Positions 7,031 to 15,147 of a stretch of 32,000 nt of DNA are shown in pieces. The notes below the pieces were generated by a model. It was not told where the DNA came from, made no database searches, and was given only the letters and a program-made list of their open reading frames with translations. The translations under genes were made by a program, and so were the position numbers. Each line of letters begins with the position of its first letter. Position 1 is the stretch's first letter. The stretch is from Gemmata obscuriglobus (GTDB lineage Bacteria > Planctomycetota > Planctomycetia > Gemmatales > Gemmataceae), in assembly GCF_008065095.1 (NCBI RefSeq), contig NZ_CP042911.1, positions 2,790,001 through 2,822,000 on the forward strand. The letters run 5' to 3'.

Positions 7031-8860
7031 TCACTTGTTCTGGCGGCCCGAGCGCTTACGGTCGCCTTCCTTCAGCAGGATCTTCCGCATCCGAATTCCG
7101 GCCGGCGTGATCTCGACCAACTCGTCGTCCTCAATGTACTCCAGGGCCATTTCCATCGAAAAGTTGACCGCGGGCTTGATCGAGGCCTTCGCGTCGCTGC
7201 CGGACGCCCGCATGTTGGTCAGCGGCTTCATTTCCGTCACGTTCACCACGAGGTCGTTGTCGCGGCCGTGCTCGCCCACGATCTGCCCCTCGTACACCTC
7301 ATCGCCGGGCGACACGAACAGCGTCCCCGAAAGGCCGTCGACCGCGTAGGCCGTGATCTTCGCGGTGTTCTTCGACAGGTACACGCCGGTCGCGCGGCCG
7401 GGTGCGGCCCCCTTCGCCGGCCGGTAGTCGAGGAAGTTGTGGTGCATGATCGCGGTGCCCTGCGTCGCGGTCAGCATCCGCGTCCGCAGGCCGATCAGGG
7501 ACCGCGCCGGGATGTGGAACTCGACCTGCATCGTGTTCCCGTGCGTCTCCATGCGCTGGAACTCGCCGGACCGCTCCAGCACGAGCCGCATGATCGAGTT
7601 CTGGTGCTCCGCCGGCACCTCCACCACGAGGTGCTCGTACGGCTCCATCTTCTGGCCGTCGATCTCCTTCATGATGACGCGGGGCTTGCCCACCGCCACC
7701 TCGGAGCCCTCGCGGCGCATCGTCTCGAGTAGCACCCCGAGGTGCAGCAACCCGCGGCCCGACACGATGAACTCGCTCTCCCGCTCGCCCGGGGCCACCC
7801 GCAGCGCGACGTTGTGCTGGAGCTCTTTTTCGAGCCGGTCGCGCAACTCGCGGCTGGTGAGCGGCTTGCCGTCCCGGCTCGCGAACGGCGAGTCGTTCAC
7901 GCGGAACACCATGTCCAGCGTCGGCTCGTCAATCGTGAGCGGCGGCAGGGCCTTCGGCTTGTCGAACTCGCAGATGGTGTCGCCGATGTCCGCGTCGTCG
8001 ATGCCCACGACGGCGCAGATGTCGCCGGCGCGGACCTCCTCGACCTCGCGCTTCGCGAGCCGGTCGAACTCGAGCACCTGGACGATCGTGTCCGGGAACA
8101 CGGTCCCGTCTTTTTGTTTGACGACGGAGACCTTCTGGTTCTTCCGGATCTTGCCCGCGAACACGCGGCCGATGGCGATCTTGCCCTTGAACTCGTCGTA
8201 CTGGAGCGCCATCACCTGCATTTGGAGCGGCGCTTCCTGGTCGACATCCGGGGCGGGAACGTTGTTCAGGATCGCGTCGAACAGCGGACTCAGGTCCTTC
8301 GGCTCGACGTTCATGTCGGTGGTGGCGATCCCGGCCCGGCCGCTCGCGTAGATGATCGGGAAGCTGGCCGTATCGTCGTCGGCACCCAACTCGATGAACA
8401 GGTCGAACATGAGCGCGTGGACGTCCGTGATGCGGGCGTCCGGGCGGTCGATCTTGTTAATGATGACGATCGGCTTCAGCCCGGCGGCGAACGCCTTCTT
8501 GAGCACGAACCGGGTCTGCGGGAGCGGCCCTTCGGCGCTGTCCACCAGCACGAACGCGCCGTCCGCCATCTTCAGGATGCGCTCGACCTCGCCCCCGAAG
8601 TCGGCGTGCCCGGGGGTGTCGACCAGGTTCACCTTCACGTCGCCGATGCGGATCCCGCAGTTCTTGGCGAGGATGGTGATCCCGCGCTCGCGCTCTTGGT
8701 CGTTGGAGTCCATGATGAGGCCGTGCTGGCCCCCGACCAGTTTGTCCAGCTCTTCCGAGCGGAACAGCCCGGACTGCCGGAGCATCTGGTCAACGAGTGT
8801 CGTTTTGCCGTGGTCGACGTGGGCGATCACGGCCACGTTCCGAATGTCGTTCCGCTTCAT
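7031..8860 (-). CDS. typA: Translational GTPase TypA/BipA
   Basis: ORF track 7031..9169, trimmed to ATG 8860 (MKRNDIRNVAVIAHVDHGKTTLVDQML...). It has G1-G4 motifs (AHVDHGKT, DTPGH, NKID) and full-length similarity to the BipA layout. The upstream 103 codons are Arg/Pro-rich and non-coding-like. Confidence 0.95.
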   Translation of the reverse strand: MKRNDIRNVAVIAHVDHGKTTLVDQMLRQSGLFRSEELDKLVGGQHGLIMDSNDQERERGITILAKNCGIRIGDVKVNLVDTPGHADFGGEVERILKMADGAFVLVDSAEGPLPQTRFVLKKAFAAGLKPIVIINKIDRPDARITDVHALMFDLFIELGADDDTASFPIIYASGRAGIATTDMNVEPKDLSPLFDAILNNVPAPDVDQEAPLQMQVMALQYDEFKGKIAIGRVFAGKIRKNQKVSVVKQKDGTVFPDTIVQVLEFDRLAKREVEEVRAGDICAVVGIDDADIGDTICEFDKPKALPPLTIDEPTLDMVFRVNDSPFASRDGKPLTSRELRDRLEKELQHNVALRVAPGERESEFIVSGRGLLHLGVLLETMRREGSEVAVGKPRVIMKEIDGQKMEPYEHLVVEVPAEHQNSIMRLVLERSGEFQRMETHGNTMQVEFHIPARSLIGLRTRMLTATQGTAIMHHNFLDYRPAKGAAPGRATGVYLSKNTAKITAYAVDGLSGTLFVSPGDEVYEGQIVGEHGRDNDLVVNVTEMKPLTNMRASGSDAKASIKPAVNFSMEMALEYIEDDELVEITPAGIRMRKILLKEGDRKRSGRQNK

Positions 8861-9057
8861 GGATTCGGTGCGTGTCCCGGTCCGGTTGTGCCGCGGGGGA
8901 GGGCGCTGCGGGGCCGGCGCTTCGGGAACTTCTCCTGTGGTCTGTGTGACTTCAAGCGCTCCTTGTAATGTAGAAGCTGAGGCGGCCGCGCGGAAGGGCA
9001 GATGGCATGTGGATTCCGTGAACCCGCATCGAGCACGTGACAGGCGCGGAGGGCGGG

Positions 9058-9546
9058 ATGATTCTGTATCTGGTCCGGCACGCGGAGGCGGTCGAACTCG
9101 GCTCCCCAGGCGCCGCAAGTGATTTTGACCGGTTTCTGACCCCGAACGGCAGCGCCCAGACGCTCGCAATGGCCCAGGCGTTTACCCGGCTCAAATTGCC
9201 GGTGGACGCGGTCGTGACCAGCCCGTTCGTGCGTGCGTACCAGACCGCAAGCGGGATGCTGAGCGTCTGGCAACCGAACTCCCGTCCCATCACACACGAC
9301 GCGCTGGCACCGGAAAAGCTCAAACCGAACAAACTGTCCGAATTTCTGGGCGGGGTGCCGGGCGAGTTCATGGTCGCAGTGGGCCACATGCCGGACCTCG
9401 GTGCGTACGCCGAGTGGCTGCTCGGCGCCTCTGCCGGTGCGATCCCGCTCGCCAAGGCGGCCATCGCCTGCATCGAATTCCGGACCGCCCCCGCTAAAGC
9501 GTCTGGCAGGCTCCGCTGGCTGGTCCCACCGGAATGGGTGATGTAA
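9058..9546 (+). CDS. sixA: SixA-type phosphohistidine phosphatase (histidine phosphatase superfamily)
   Basis: ORF track 9037..9546, trimmed to ATG 9058 (MILYLVRHAEAV...). It has the catalytic RHA(E) motif and a second His in VAVGHMPDLG, with a size of about 160 aa. Confidence 0.8.
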   Translation: MILYLVRHAEAVELGSPGAASDFDRFLTPNGSAQTLAMAQAFTRLKLPVDAVVTSPFVRAYQTASGMLSVWQPNSRPITHDALAPEKLKPNKLSEFLGGVPGEFMVAVGHMPDLGAYAEWLLGASAGAIPLAKAAIACIEFRTAPAKASGRLRWLVPPEWVM

Positions 9547-9734
9547 GCGGAAGCAAAGCCGTCGGGCTGGCTCGCTTTTGTTTCCCCGCCCACTCTGCCT
9601 GTTGCGTGTCGCATGTCGCTCAATTCTCAGCCAAGGGATTGTTTGGCCCTCGGCCGAACGCATTCGATCGCAGTTCGTCTCTCCGGGTCGGCGTTCGGCG
9701 AGCGTGAGTGCTCGCCACCGGTCCCATCCAAGGC

Positions 9735-9810
9735 CGCAATCGCTTACGCATATTGATATCGCAACTGTTGTCGCAACTGAACGTTGCGGCGATTGCATCG
9801 TTGCGAATCG
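9735..9810. repeat. Cluster of CGCAAC / GTTGCG half-sites with nested inverted repeats (candidate operator or structured RNA)
   Basis: TCGCAACTG occurs at 9759-9767 and 9771-9779, a 12-nt register. GTTGCG is at 9783-9788 and GTTGCGA at 9800-9806. The outer pair is GCAATCGC (9737-9744) and GCGATTGC (9790-9797). Confidence 0.6.
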
Positions 9811-10518
9811 TTCGTGCCTCAGGCCGTTGTTGGGTCAATATCTGGGCTTAAAGCACGTGATTCGTGGGTAGTGATCCGCCAGCGAATTGCCAGTTCATGA
9901 CCAGCCAAACGCCAGCGAACGTCCAGTCGATGGGGTAGCACTCGTGTCGGGACCTCTTCTCGCGTTGCGAGGCAAACGAGAGTGCGCTTCCACGCTCCTC
10001 TTGGTTCGGGTGGGCTGCTGTCACCCGCGCAGAGACCGTTTCCGGCATTCGGGCCACTTCGGCACATTCTGGCTCTCCTGCGTCGGGAAACGATCAGCTC
10101 CCACTAATAAGATGGCACGCAGCAACCGAGCGGTTTTGTGTGTGAGGTCGCCTCACACCGTGGTACCAGATCCGCAAAAGCAACTCTTTCACCGATGCCG
10201 CTGAAGCCACACATCGACCGCATCGAACTTAATCGCGGGACTGACATACTCGCTGCAAATCGTCCTCACGCCAGAGATTCGGCGTGAGGTGGCTGATTCT
10301 TGTGGCACAGGCATGCCGCCGAGAGTCGGTCGGTCCGGTCGCGGTGGCGTTCGACAACGCTTGCAACCGGGCGCAACGTGATGATGCAGCGGCGAACTGC
10401 GAAGTTGCCGAGTGCACCGAATGAATGTCGTTGATTGCTCTTATTATTGGTCGATTTGGGCCGATCGCCCTTTTGGCACTGAGGGCGCGCATTCGGCCGT
10501 CTTGAGTCACTGCCCGCG

Positions 10519-11877
10519 TTACTTCCCGAGCGCCTGCTTAATGGCGGCTTCGAGTTCGGCGCGTTTCTGGGGGTGCCCTTTCCACAGCACCTGGCCCGTT
10601 GCGTCGAGCAGCACCGCGTGCGGGTAGACCTCCACATCGAACTGGTCGCGAATGCTCCCGGCCTTCACCGGCTCGACGTACATCGCGTAGTTCAGGTTGT
10701 GATCGCTCACGTACCGCGACGCCGCCGCCGCCCGGTCCTTCTGCGACACGTCGTCGCACAGAACACCCATCACTTGAAGGCCACTCGCTCCGTAACGCGA
10801 CTGGAGGTCCTTCAGGATCGGGATCGCCCGCGGGCAGTGGACGCAGGCGGTGGTCGCGAACTCGACCAGCACCACCGAACCAGGGCGAACGGAGTCGGAC
10901 TCCCACGGGCGCTCGAGCGTGTCGAGGAGCGTAAACTTGCCGACTGTACGACCCGCACCTCCGACCGGCCGTGCCCCGCTGCCCGACGGGGAGAACGCCG
11001 GCGGGCTCTTGGGCAGCGGCGGCAGCGGCGGCGGACCGTTCGGGTTCGGAACGGTCGTCACGGGCGGCCGGAACGGGGTCTTCGTGTCGTCCGCCACATT
11101 CTCGGGGCGAACGGGCCGGGGGGACGGCGAAGGCGGCGAAAACAGGTCCGGTTCGGGCGTGTTGCCGGTCGTCGGTGCGGCGCCACTCGCCGCGGGTGCG
11201 GTCCCGCTCCCGATTGAGGACGGGGGCACCGCGTTGGTCGGGCCGGTCGGGGACCACGCGTCGCCTGGCTTCCGGGCCGGGCCGGGCGGCACCGTTCCTC
11301 CGGGCGGCGCCGCGTCCGCGCGGGGTGGTAGATCGTCACGCAGGTCGATGCGGAGCGCTGCGTTCGGTACGACCGTCTGGACCGATCCGGCGTACGTTTT
11401 GCCGTCCTGGGTCGCCACGCTCACGCTCAGCTCGTAGCTGTCGCCGGTCCGTAAGCCGTTGGCGGAGACGTAGCCCTCATTGTTCGTGGCGAGGTCGATG
11501 GGGGCACCGGCGTCGGCGGGCTCGCCGAGCTTCTTGAAACGAACCGGAACGTTCCGCGCCGGCTGCCCGTCTGGGCCGTACACGTACCCGGCAATGGCCT
11601 CGCGTGACGCGGTCTTTGCGTTGAAATTGCGGTCCTTGGGGTCGGTCGGTTGTGTGGCCTTCGGGAGCGTGCCGCCCGGCGTCCGGCTCACCTCGTCCAG
11701 CCACGGCGGAGTTTTGGTCCCCCCGCCCTTCGCATCTTTCCCGTCTTTGGCGTCCCCTTTCGAGCGCCCGGCACCGAGGCCCGTCGGCCCCCTGTCGGCG
11801 TTCTTTTGGTCCGTGGACCGACACCCGACGAGCGCCAGTAGCGCGGCGACGATCAGTCCGGCTCCGGCGCTCCTCAT
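10519..11877 (-). CDS. Lipoprotein with a CarboxypepD_reg-like domain, a Pro-rich linker and a C-terminal thioredoxin fold (TlpA/redoxin-like)
   Basis: ORF track 10519..11982, trimmed to ATG 11877 (MRSAGAGLIVAALLALVGCRS, with a lipobox). The middle reads 'GYVYGPDGQPARNVPVRFKK...' and a long P-rich segment follows. The C-terminus 'VLVEFATTACVHCPRAIPILKDL' carries a CxxC (CVHC). Confidence 0.85.
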   Translation of the reverse strand: MRSAGAGLIVAALLALVGCRSTDQKNADRGPTGLGAGRSKGDAKDGKDAKGGGTKTPPWLDEVSRTPGGTLPKATQPTDPKDRNFNAKTASREAIAGYVYGPDGQPARNVPVRFKKLGEPADAGAPIDLATNNEGYVSANGLRTGDSYELSVSVATQDGKTYAGSVQTVVPNAALRIDLRDDLPPRADAAPPGGTVPPGPARKPGDAWSPTGPTNAVPPSSIGSGTAPAASGAAPTTGNTPEPDLFSPPSPSPRPVRPENVADDTKTPFRPPVTTVPNPNGPPPLPPLPKSPPAFSPSGSGARPVGGAGRTVGKFTLLDTLERPWESDSVRPGSVVLVEFATTACVHCPRAIPILKDLQSRYGASGLQVMGVLCDDVSQKDRAAAASRYVSDHNLNYAMYVEPVKAGSIRDQFDVEVYPHAVLLDATGQVLWKGHPQKRAELEAAIKQALGK

Positions 11878-12063
11878 GGTGACCCGATGCCCCCGCGAAC
11901 GATACGGCCAACAGCGGGGCGCGTAAGATTTACACGGCCCTCCTGGGATCATTCCCGCGCGCCCTCGACCGGTCAAGCCCACCCGCGGGGGTGCGGCACC
12001 GGGGCTCGTGTTGAGTCTGCCGGCACGAGCGGATATAGCGGTTCTCCTGTGTCCGGAGCGTTC

Positions 12064-12092
12064 TTGACGGGTCCGAAAAGGCGGCCTATCGT
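12064..12092 (+). promoter_or_regulatory. Candidate sigma70-like promoter upstream of lspA
   Basis: TTGACG (12064-12069), a 17-nt spacer, then TATCGT (12087-12092), about 45 nt upstream of ATG 12138. The -35 hexamer is the same as in the HU candidate. Pattern match only. Confidence 0.25.
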
Positions 12093-12137
12093 GAATGTTC
12101 CGACAGCATCAACCTTCCGCCAAAACGGAACCACCCA

Positions 12138-12791
12138 ATGGTCGATCGAACGTACCGCTGGCTGCTCGTCACGCTGGCCGTGGTGGGGCTGGGCGCGGAC
12201 CTGGGGAGCAAGTACGGCGTGTTCCGCTGGCTCTATAAGGACGGGAACTTCGCGCACGGCGTGGGAAACGAGTACGACGTGGTCCCGGGCTGGTTCAAGC
12301 TGATCGCGCAGTTCGATCGCGAGGTCGCGGTCGCGGACGACGGTTTCGGCGACCTCCGGACGTGGAGCACCAACGGCGACCCGGTGATGCCGCGGGTGAA
12401 CCACGGCGCGCTGTTCGGCCTCGGCCAGTCGCGCAAGGGGCTCGCGAACGGCTTCTTCGCGGTGGTCAGCGTGGCGGCGGCGCTGGCGATCCTGGTCTGG
12501 GGCACGCGGCCGCACACGGCCCGCGAGCGCGGGCTGATGGCCGCGCTGGGCCTCATCCTCGGCGGCACCGTCGGCAACTTGTACGACCGCCTCGTGTTCG
12601 GCGGGGTCCGCGACTTCTTGTACTTCTACAAGATCGAATGGCCGGTGTTCAACGTCGCCGACTGCTGTCTTGTGGTTGGTGCGGCGCTGTTGCTCGTCCA
12701 AGCGGTGCTGGTGTCTCCGCCCGCCGAAACCCCTCCCGCGACCGGTGAGACGGTGACACCGGTGCCCGTGCCCGAAAGCCCGAAGGTTTGA
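12138..12791 (+). CDS. lspA: Lipoprotein signal peptidase (signal peptidase II)
   Basis: ORF track. Motifs: GADLGSKY, NHGALFGLGQ, GGTVGNLYDRLVFGGVRDFLYF and FNVADCCLVVGAALLL. It has four TM segments and an insertion in the first periplasmic loop. Confidence 0.9.
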   Translation: MVDRTYRWLLVTLAVVGLGADLGSKYGVFRWLYKDGNFAHGVGNEYDVVPGWFKLIAQFDREVAVADDGFGDLRTWSTNGDPVMPRVNHGALFGLGQSRKGLANGFFAVVSVAAALAILVWGTRPHTARERGLMAALGLILGGTVGNLYDRLVFGGVRDFLYFYKIEWPVFNVADCCLVVGAALLLVQAVLVSPPAETPPATGETVTPVPVPESPKV

Positions 12792-12793
12792 GC

Positions 12794-12912
12794 CAGAAGT
12801 CGGGCCGGCCGCACCGAAGCGGGTGAAGGGAACCGGGAACCTCCAAGGAGAACAAACTCCTTGAGGTTCCCGGTTCCCTTCACCCGCTTCGGTGCGGCCG
12901 GCCCGACTTCTG
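12794..12912. repeat. 119-nt near-perfect palindrome (about 56-bp stem, one bulged G, 6-nt loop) filling the lspA/pfp convergent gap; possible bidirectional terminator
   Basis: The left arm (12794-12850) is cagaagtcgggccggccgcaccgaagcgggtgaagggaaccgggaacctccaaggag. The loop is aacaaa (12851-12856). The right arm (12857-12912) is its reverse complement minus one G. It starts 3 nt after the lspA stop and ends 7 nt before the pfp stop. There is no U-tract. Confidence 0.9.
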
Positions 12913-12918
12913 ACTTGC

Positions 12919-14205
12919 TCAGCGCACGATGTAGCCGAATCGCTCGCGGAACTGTTCCGGGGTCATCTTCACGACCGCCGCGAGGCGTTCCAGCCGGGTG
13001 GCGTCGTCGAAGTCGCTCTGCTCCAGCCGGATCATGTACCGGCGGGCGACCTCGTAGTTCTCGCCGCCGATGTCCACCAGCCGGGTGCGCATCTTCTTGG
13101 TCGCGGGGTCGATCATCTCCGGGAACGGCCGCGGCACCATGTTCCCGCCCACGAACGTTACCACCACGCCGTTCTTCTCGGCTTCCGGCGACAGCAGGAA
13201 CTTGACCGCGCCGTACCCGAGGTTGCGGGTGTACTCGGCGTCGAACGGGATCGGGTCGGCGCACCGCAGCTCGTACCCCAGGTCCTTGTCCACCATGTCC
13301 AGCTTGACGCCGAGGTCCTTGAGGCGCGAGGCGATCGTGGTGCGGATCAGCCGCCCGAACTCGATCTCGCCCAGGCGCAGGTGCCCGAACGCGTCGAGCT
13401 CGATGGACCCGAACTTGCCGGGGTTCTTCTCCATCATCTCGCGGAGCTTCGTCTCGCCGATCTCTTCCAGCAGCCCTTCGGCCAGGACCGCGACCCCGTA
13501 ACCCTTGCCCTGCGCCTTGCGCTTGATCATCGCGCCGATGACGATGTCGCAGATCAGCTCGATCGAGACGTCCTTGCCCTTCAGCTCCTCTGCGATGAGG
13601 GTGACGGTCGCGGCGCTGGCCTTGCCGATGCCCAGCGCGAGGTGCCCGGCGGCCCGCCCCATGCTCACGAGGATGTACCACCGGGTGGTGGTCTTCGCGT
13701 CCTCGTGCAGGTTCCGCGCGACCTGCACCCCGTAGTGGCGCGCCGTCTCGAACCCGAAGGTGGGGATTCCGGGGGGGAGCGGCAGGTCGTTGTCGATGGT
13801 CTTCGGCACGTGCGCCACCTTGATGGCGCCCTTCGCGTGGGCGTACACCTGCGACCCGCTGTACGCGGTGTCGTCGCCGCCGATGGTGACGAGGTACTTG
13901 ATCCCGAGCTGCTCCAGGCCCTTCAGGACCGCGTTCAGGTGGTCCGGGTTCTTGGCCGGGTTCGTCCGGCTCGTGCCCAGCAGCGCGCCGCCGCGCTGGT
14001 AGTACGGCGCGACGTCCGGAATGGTGAGCGGGCGCACCTGCGACACGTCGCCGGCCGCGAGGTACTTGAAGCCGTCGCGGACGCCCACCACCTCGAGCCC
14101 GCGGTTGATGGCCTCGATGGTCACGGAGCTGATGACGCCGTTGATACCCGGGGCCGGGCCGCCGCCGACGACGATGCCGAGCTTACCGCGAGTGGGATCC
14201 GCCAT
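12919..14205 (-). CDS. pfp: 6-phosphofructokinase, pyrophosphate-dependent type
   Basis: ORF track, 428 aa. Motifs: GIVVGGGPAPGING, TIGGDDTAYSG and VPKTIDNDL. Asp in GGDD and Lys in PKTIDND are the positions known to distinguish PPi-PFK from ATP-PFK (GGDG / G-TIDND). Confidence 0.88.
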   Translation of the reverse strand: MADPTRGKLGIVVGGGPAPGINGVISSVTIEAINRGLEVVGVRDGFKYLAAGDVSQVRPLTIPDVAPYYQRGGALLGTSRTNPAKNPDHLNAVLKGLEQLGIKYLVTIGGDDTAYSGSQVYAHAKGAIKVAHVPKTIDNDLPLPPGIPTFGFETARHYGVQVARNLHEDAKTTTRWYILVSMGRAAGHLALGIGKASAATVTLIAEELKGKDVSIELICDIVIGAMIKRKAQGKGYGVAVLAEGLLEEIGETKLREMMEKNPGKFGSIELDAFGHLRLGEIEFGRLIRTTIASRLKDLGVKLDMVDKDLGYELRCADPIPFDAEYTRNLGYGAVKFLLSPEAEKNGVVVTFVGGNMVPRPFPEMIDPATKKMRTRLVDIGGENYEVARRYMIRLEQSDFDDATRLERLAAVVKMTPEQFRERFGYIVR

Positions 14206-14346
14206 GTGTAGAGAGTCCTGGGGCGCCGGTGAAGGCCCGGGGGCACGGCTGGGTCGGGCCGGTTACGCTGTTTAGGATTGGAACCCGTCGGGCGTTTTCA
14301 AGGGCGCACGGGCGCGTAGATTAGCCCCACCAGCGGAGACCTCGCT

Positions 14347-15147
14347 ATGACCGATCCCGCACCGCCGGGGCCGTGCGCCGACCCGCCGCCCGCGAACGAG
14401 GGCGGCATCGCGGAGCTCGCCGCCGGGTTCATCCACGAGATCAAGAACCACCTCGGCACCCTTTCGCTCAACCTCCAACTGCTCGCGGAGGACTTCGAGG
14501 ACGCCCAGTCCCCCCGCGAGCGCAAGGCGCTGGAGCGGGTGTCGCGCCTGTCCGGCGAGTGCCGCAAGCTGCTCGACCTGTCGAACGACTTTTTGCGGTT
14601 CGCCCGGCTCCGCGAGCTGCACACCCGGCCCGCCGCGCTGGGCGCGGTGGTGGACGCGGTGATCGACTTCCTCGGCCCGGTCGCGAAGGCCCGCGGGGTC
14701 GAAATCAAATGGTTCTCCGCGCCCGAACTCCCCCTGGTGTGCCTCGACTGCGACCTGTTCGAGCAGGCGCTACTGAACCTCGGGCTGAACGCCTTCGACG
14801 CGATGCCCGACGGCGGGACGCTCACGCTCATCGGCCGGTCCGGGGGCCGCTCGGACGACGCGAGTGTGAAGGGCGACGAGGGGTGCGGCGCCGGCGCGCG
14901 CACCGTCTGTCTCGACGTGATCGATACGGGCGCGGGGATCGAGCCCGCGGCGCTGGCGAAGCTGTTCCGCCCGTTCCACACCACCAAGCCCGACGGAAAC
15001 GGGCTCGGGCTCGCCACCACCCGCAAGATCGTCGTCGCGCACGGCGGCACGATCGAGGCGCAGAGCGCCCCGGGGCACGGCACGAGGTTCACCATCGCGC
15101 TTCCGGCCGCCCCCGGCGCCGAACGAATTACGGCACCGGGCGCCTGA
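14347..15147 (+). CDS. Soluble histidine kinase with no recognisable sensor domain (HisKA + HATPase_c only)
   Basis: ORF track. The H-box 'FIHEIKNHLGTL' begins about 30 aa from the start. The N box is LLNLGLNAFDAM, G1 is DTGAGI and G2 is GNGLGLATTRKIV. No TM segment is present. Confidence 0.85.
   Translation: MTDPAPPGPCADPPPANEGGIAELAAGFIHEIKNHLGTLSLNLQLLAEDFEDAQSPRERKALERVSRLSGECRKLLDLSNDFLRFARLRELHTRPAALGAVVDAVIDFLGPVAKARGVEIKWFSAPELPLVCLDCDLFEQALLNLGLNAFDAMPDGGTLTLIGRSGGRSDDASVKGDEGCGAGARTVCLDVIDTGAGIEPAALAKLFRPFHTTKPDGNGLGLATTRKIVVAHGGTIEAQSAPGHGTRFTIALPAAPGAERITAPGA

Noticed and set aside
7742-8968. 408-aa plus-strand ORF, together with 7437..8351 and 8352..9122
   Set aside because: They are antisense to typA, which is unambiguous over its full length. 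They show no motifs and have a low-complexity Arg/Asp/Leu/Val composition.
8861-9169. 103-codon N-terminal extension of the typA ORF
   Set aside because: The conserved GTPase starts at MKRNDIRNVAVIAHVDHGKT (ATG 8860). The upstream part is Arg/Pro/Ser-rich with no similarity to BipA, and it would overlap the sixA start region.
9547-10518. Search for tRNA, tmRNA, RNase P RNA, SRP RNA or 6S RNA in the large gap
   Set aside because: I found no T-loop GGTTCGAATCC-type box, no TCCACCA 3' end, no GGAAAGTCCGG P4 motif and no SRP GGAAGCAGCC-type motif on either strand. An unknown RNA cannot be excluded by eye.
12626-14211. Long ORFs 12892..14211 (+, 439 aa) and 12626..13681 (-, 351 aa)
   Set aside because: They are antisense or out of frame relative to the phosphofructokinase gene. 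They are extremely Arg/Gly/Pro-rich and have no recognisable domains.
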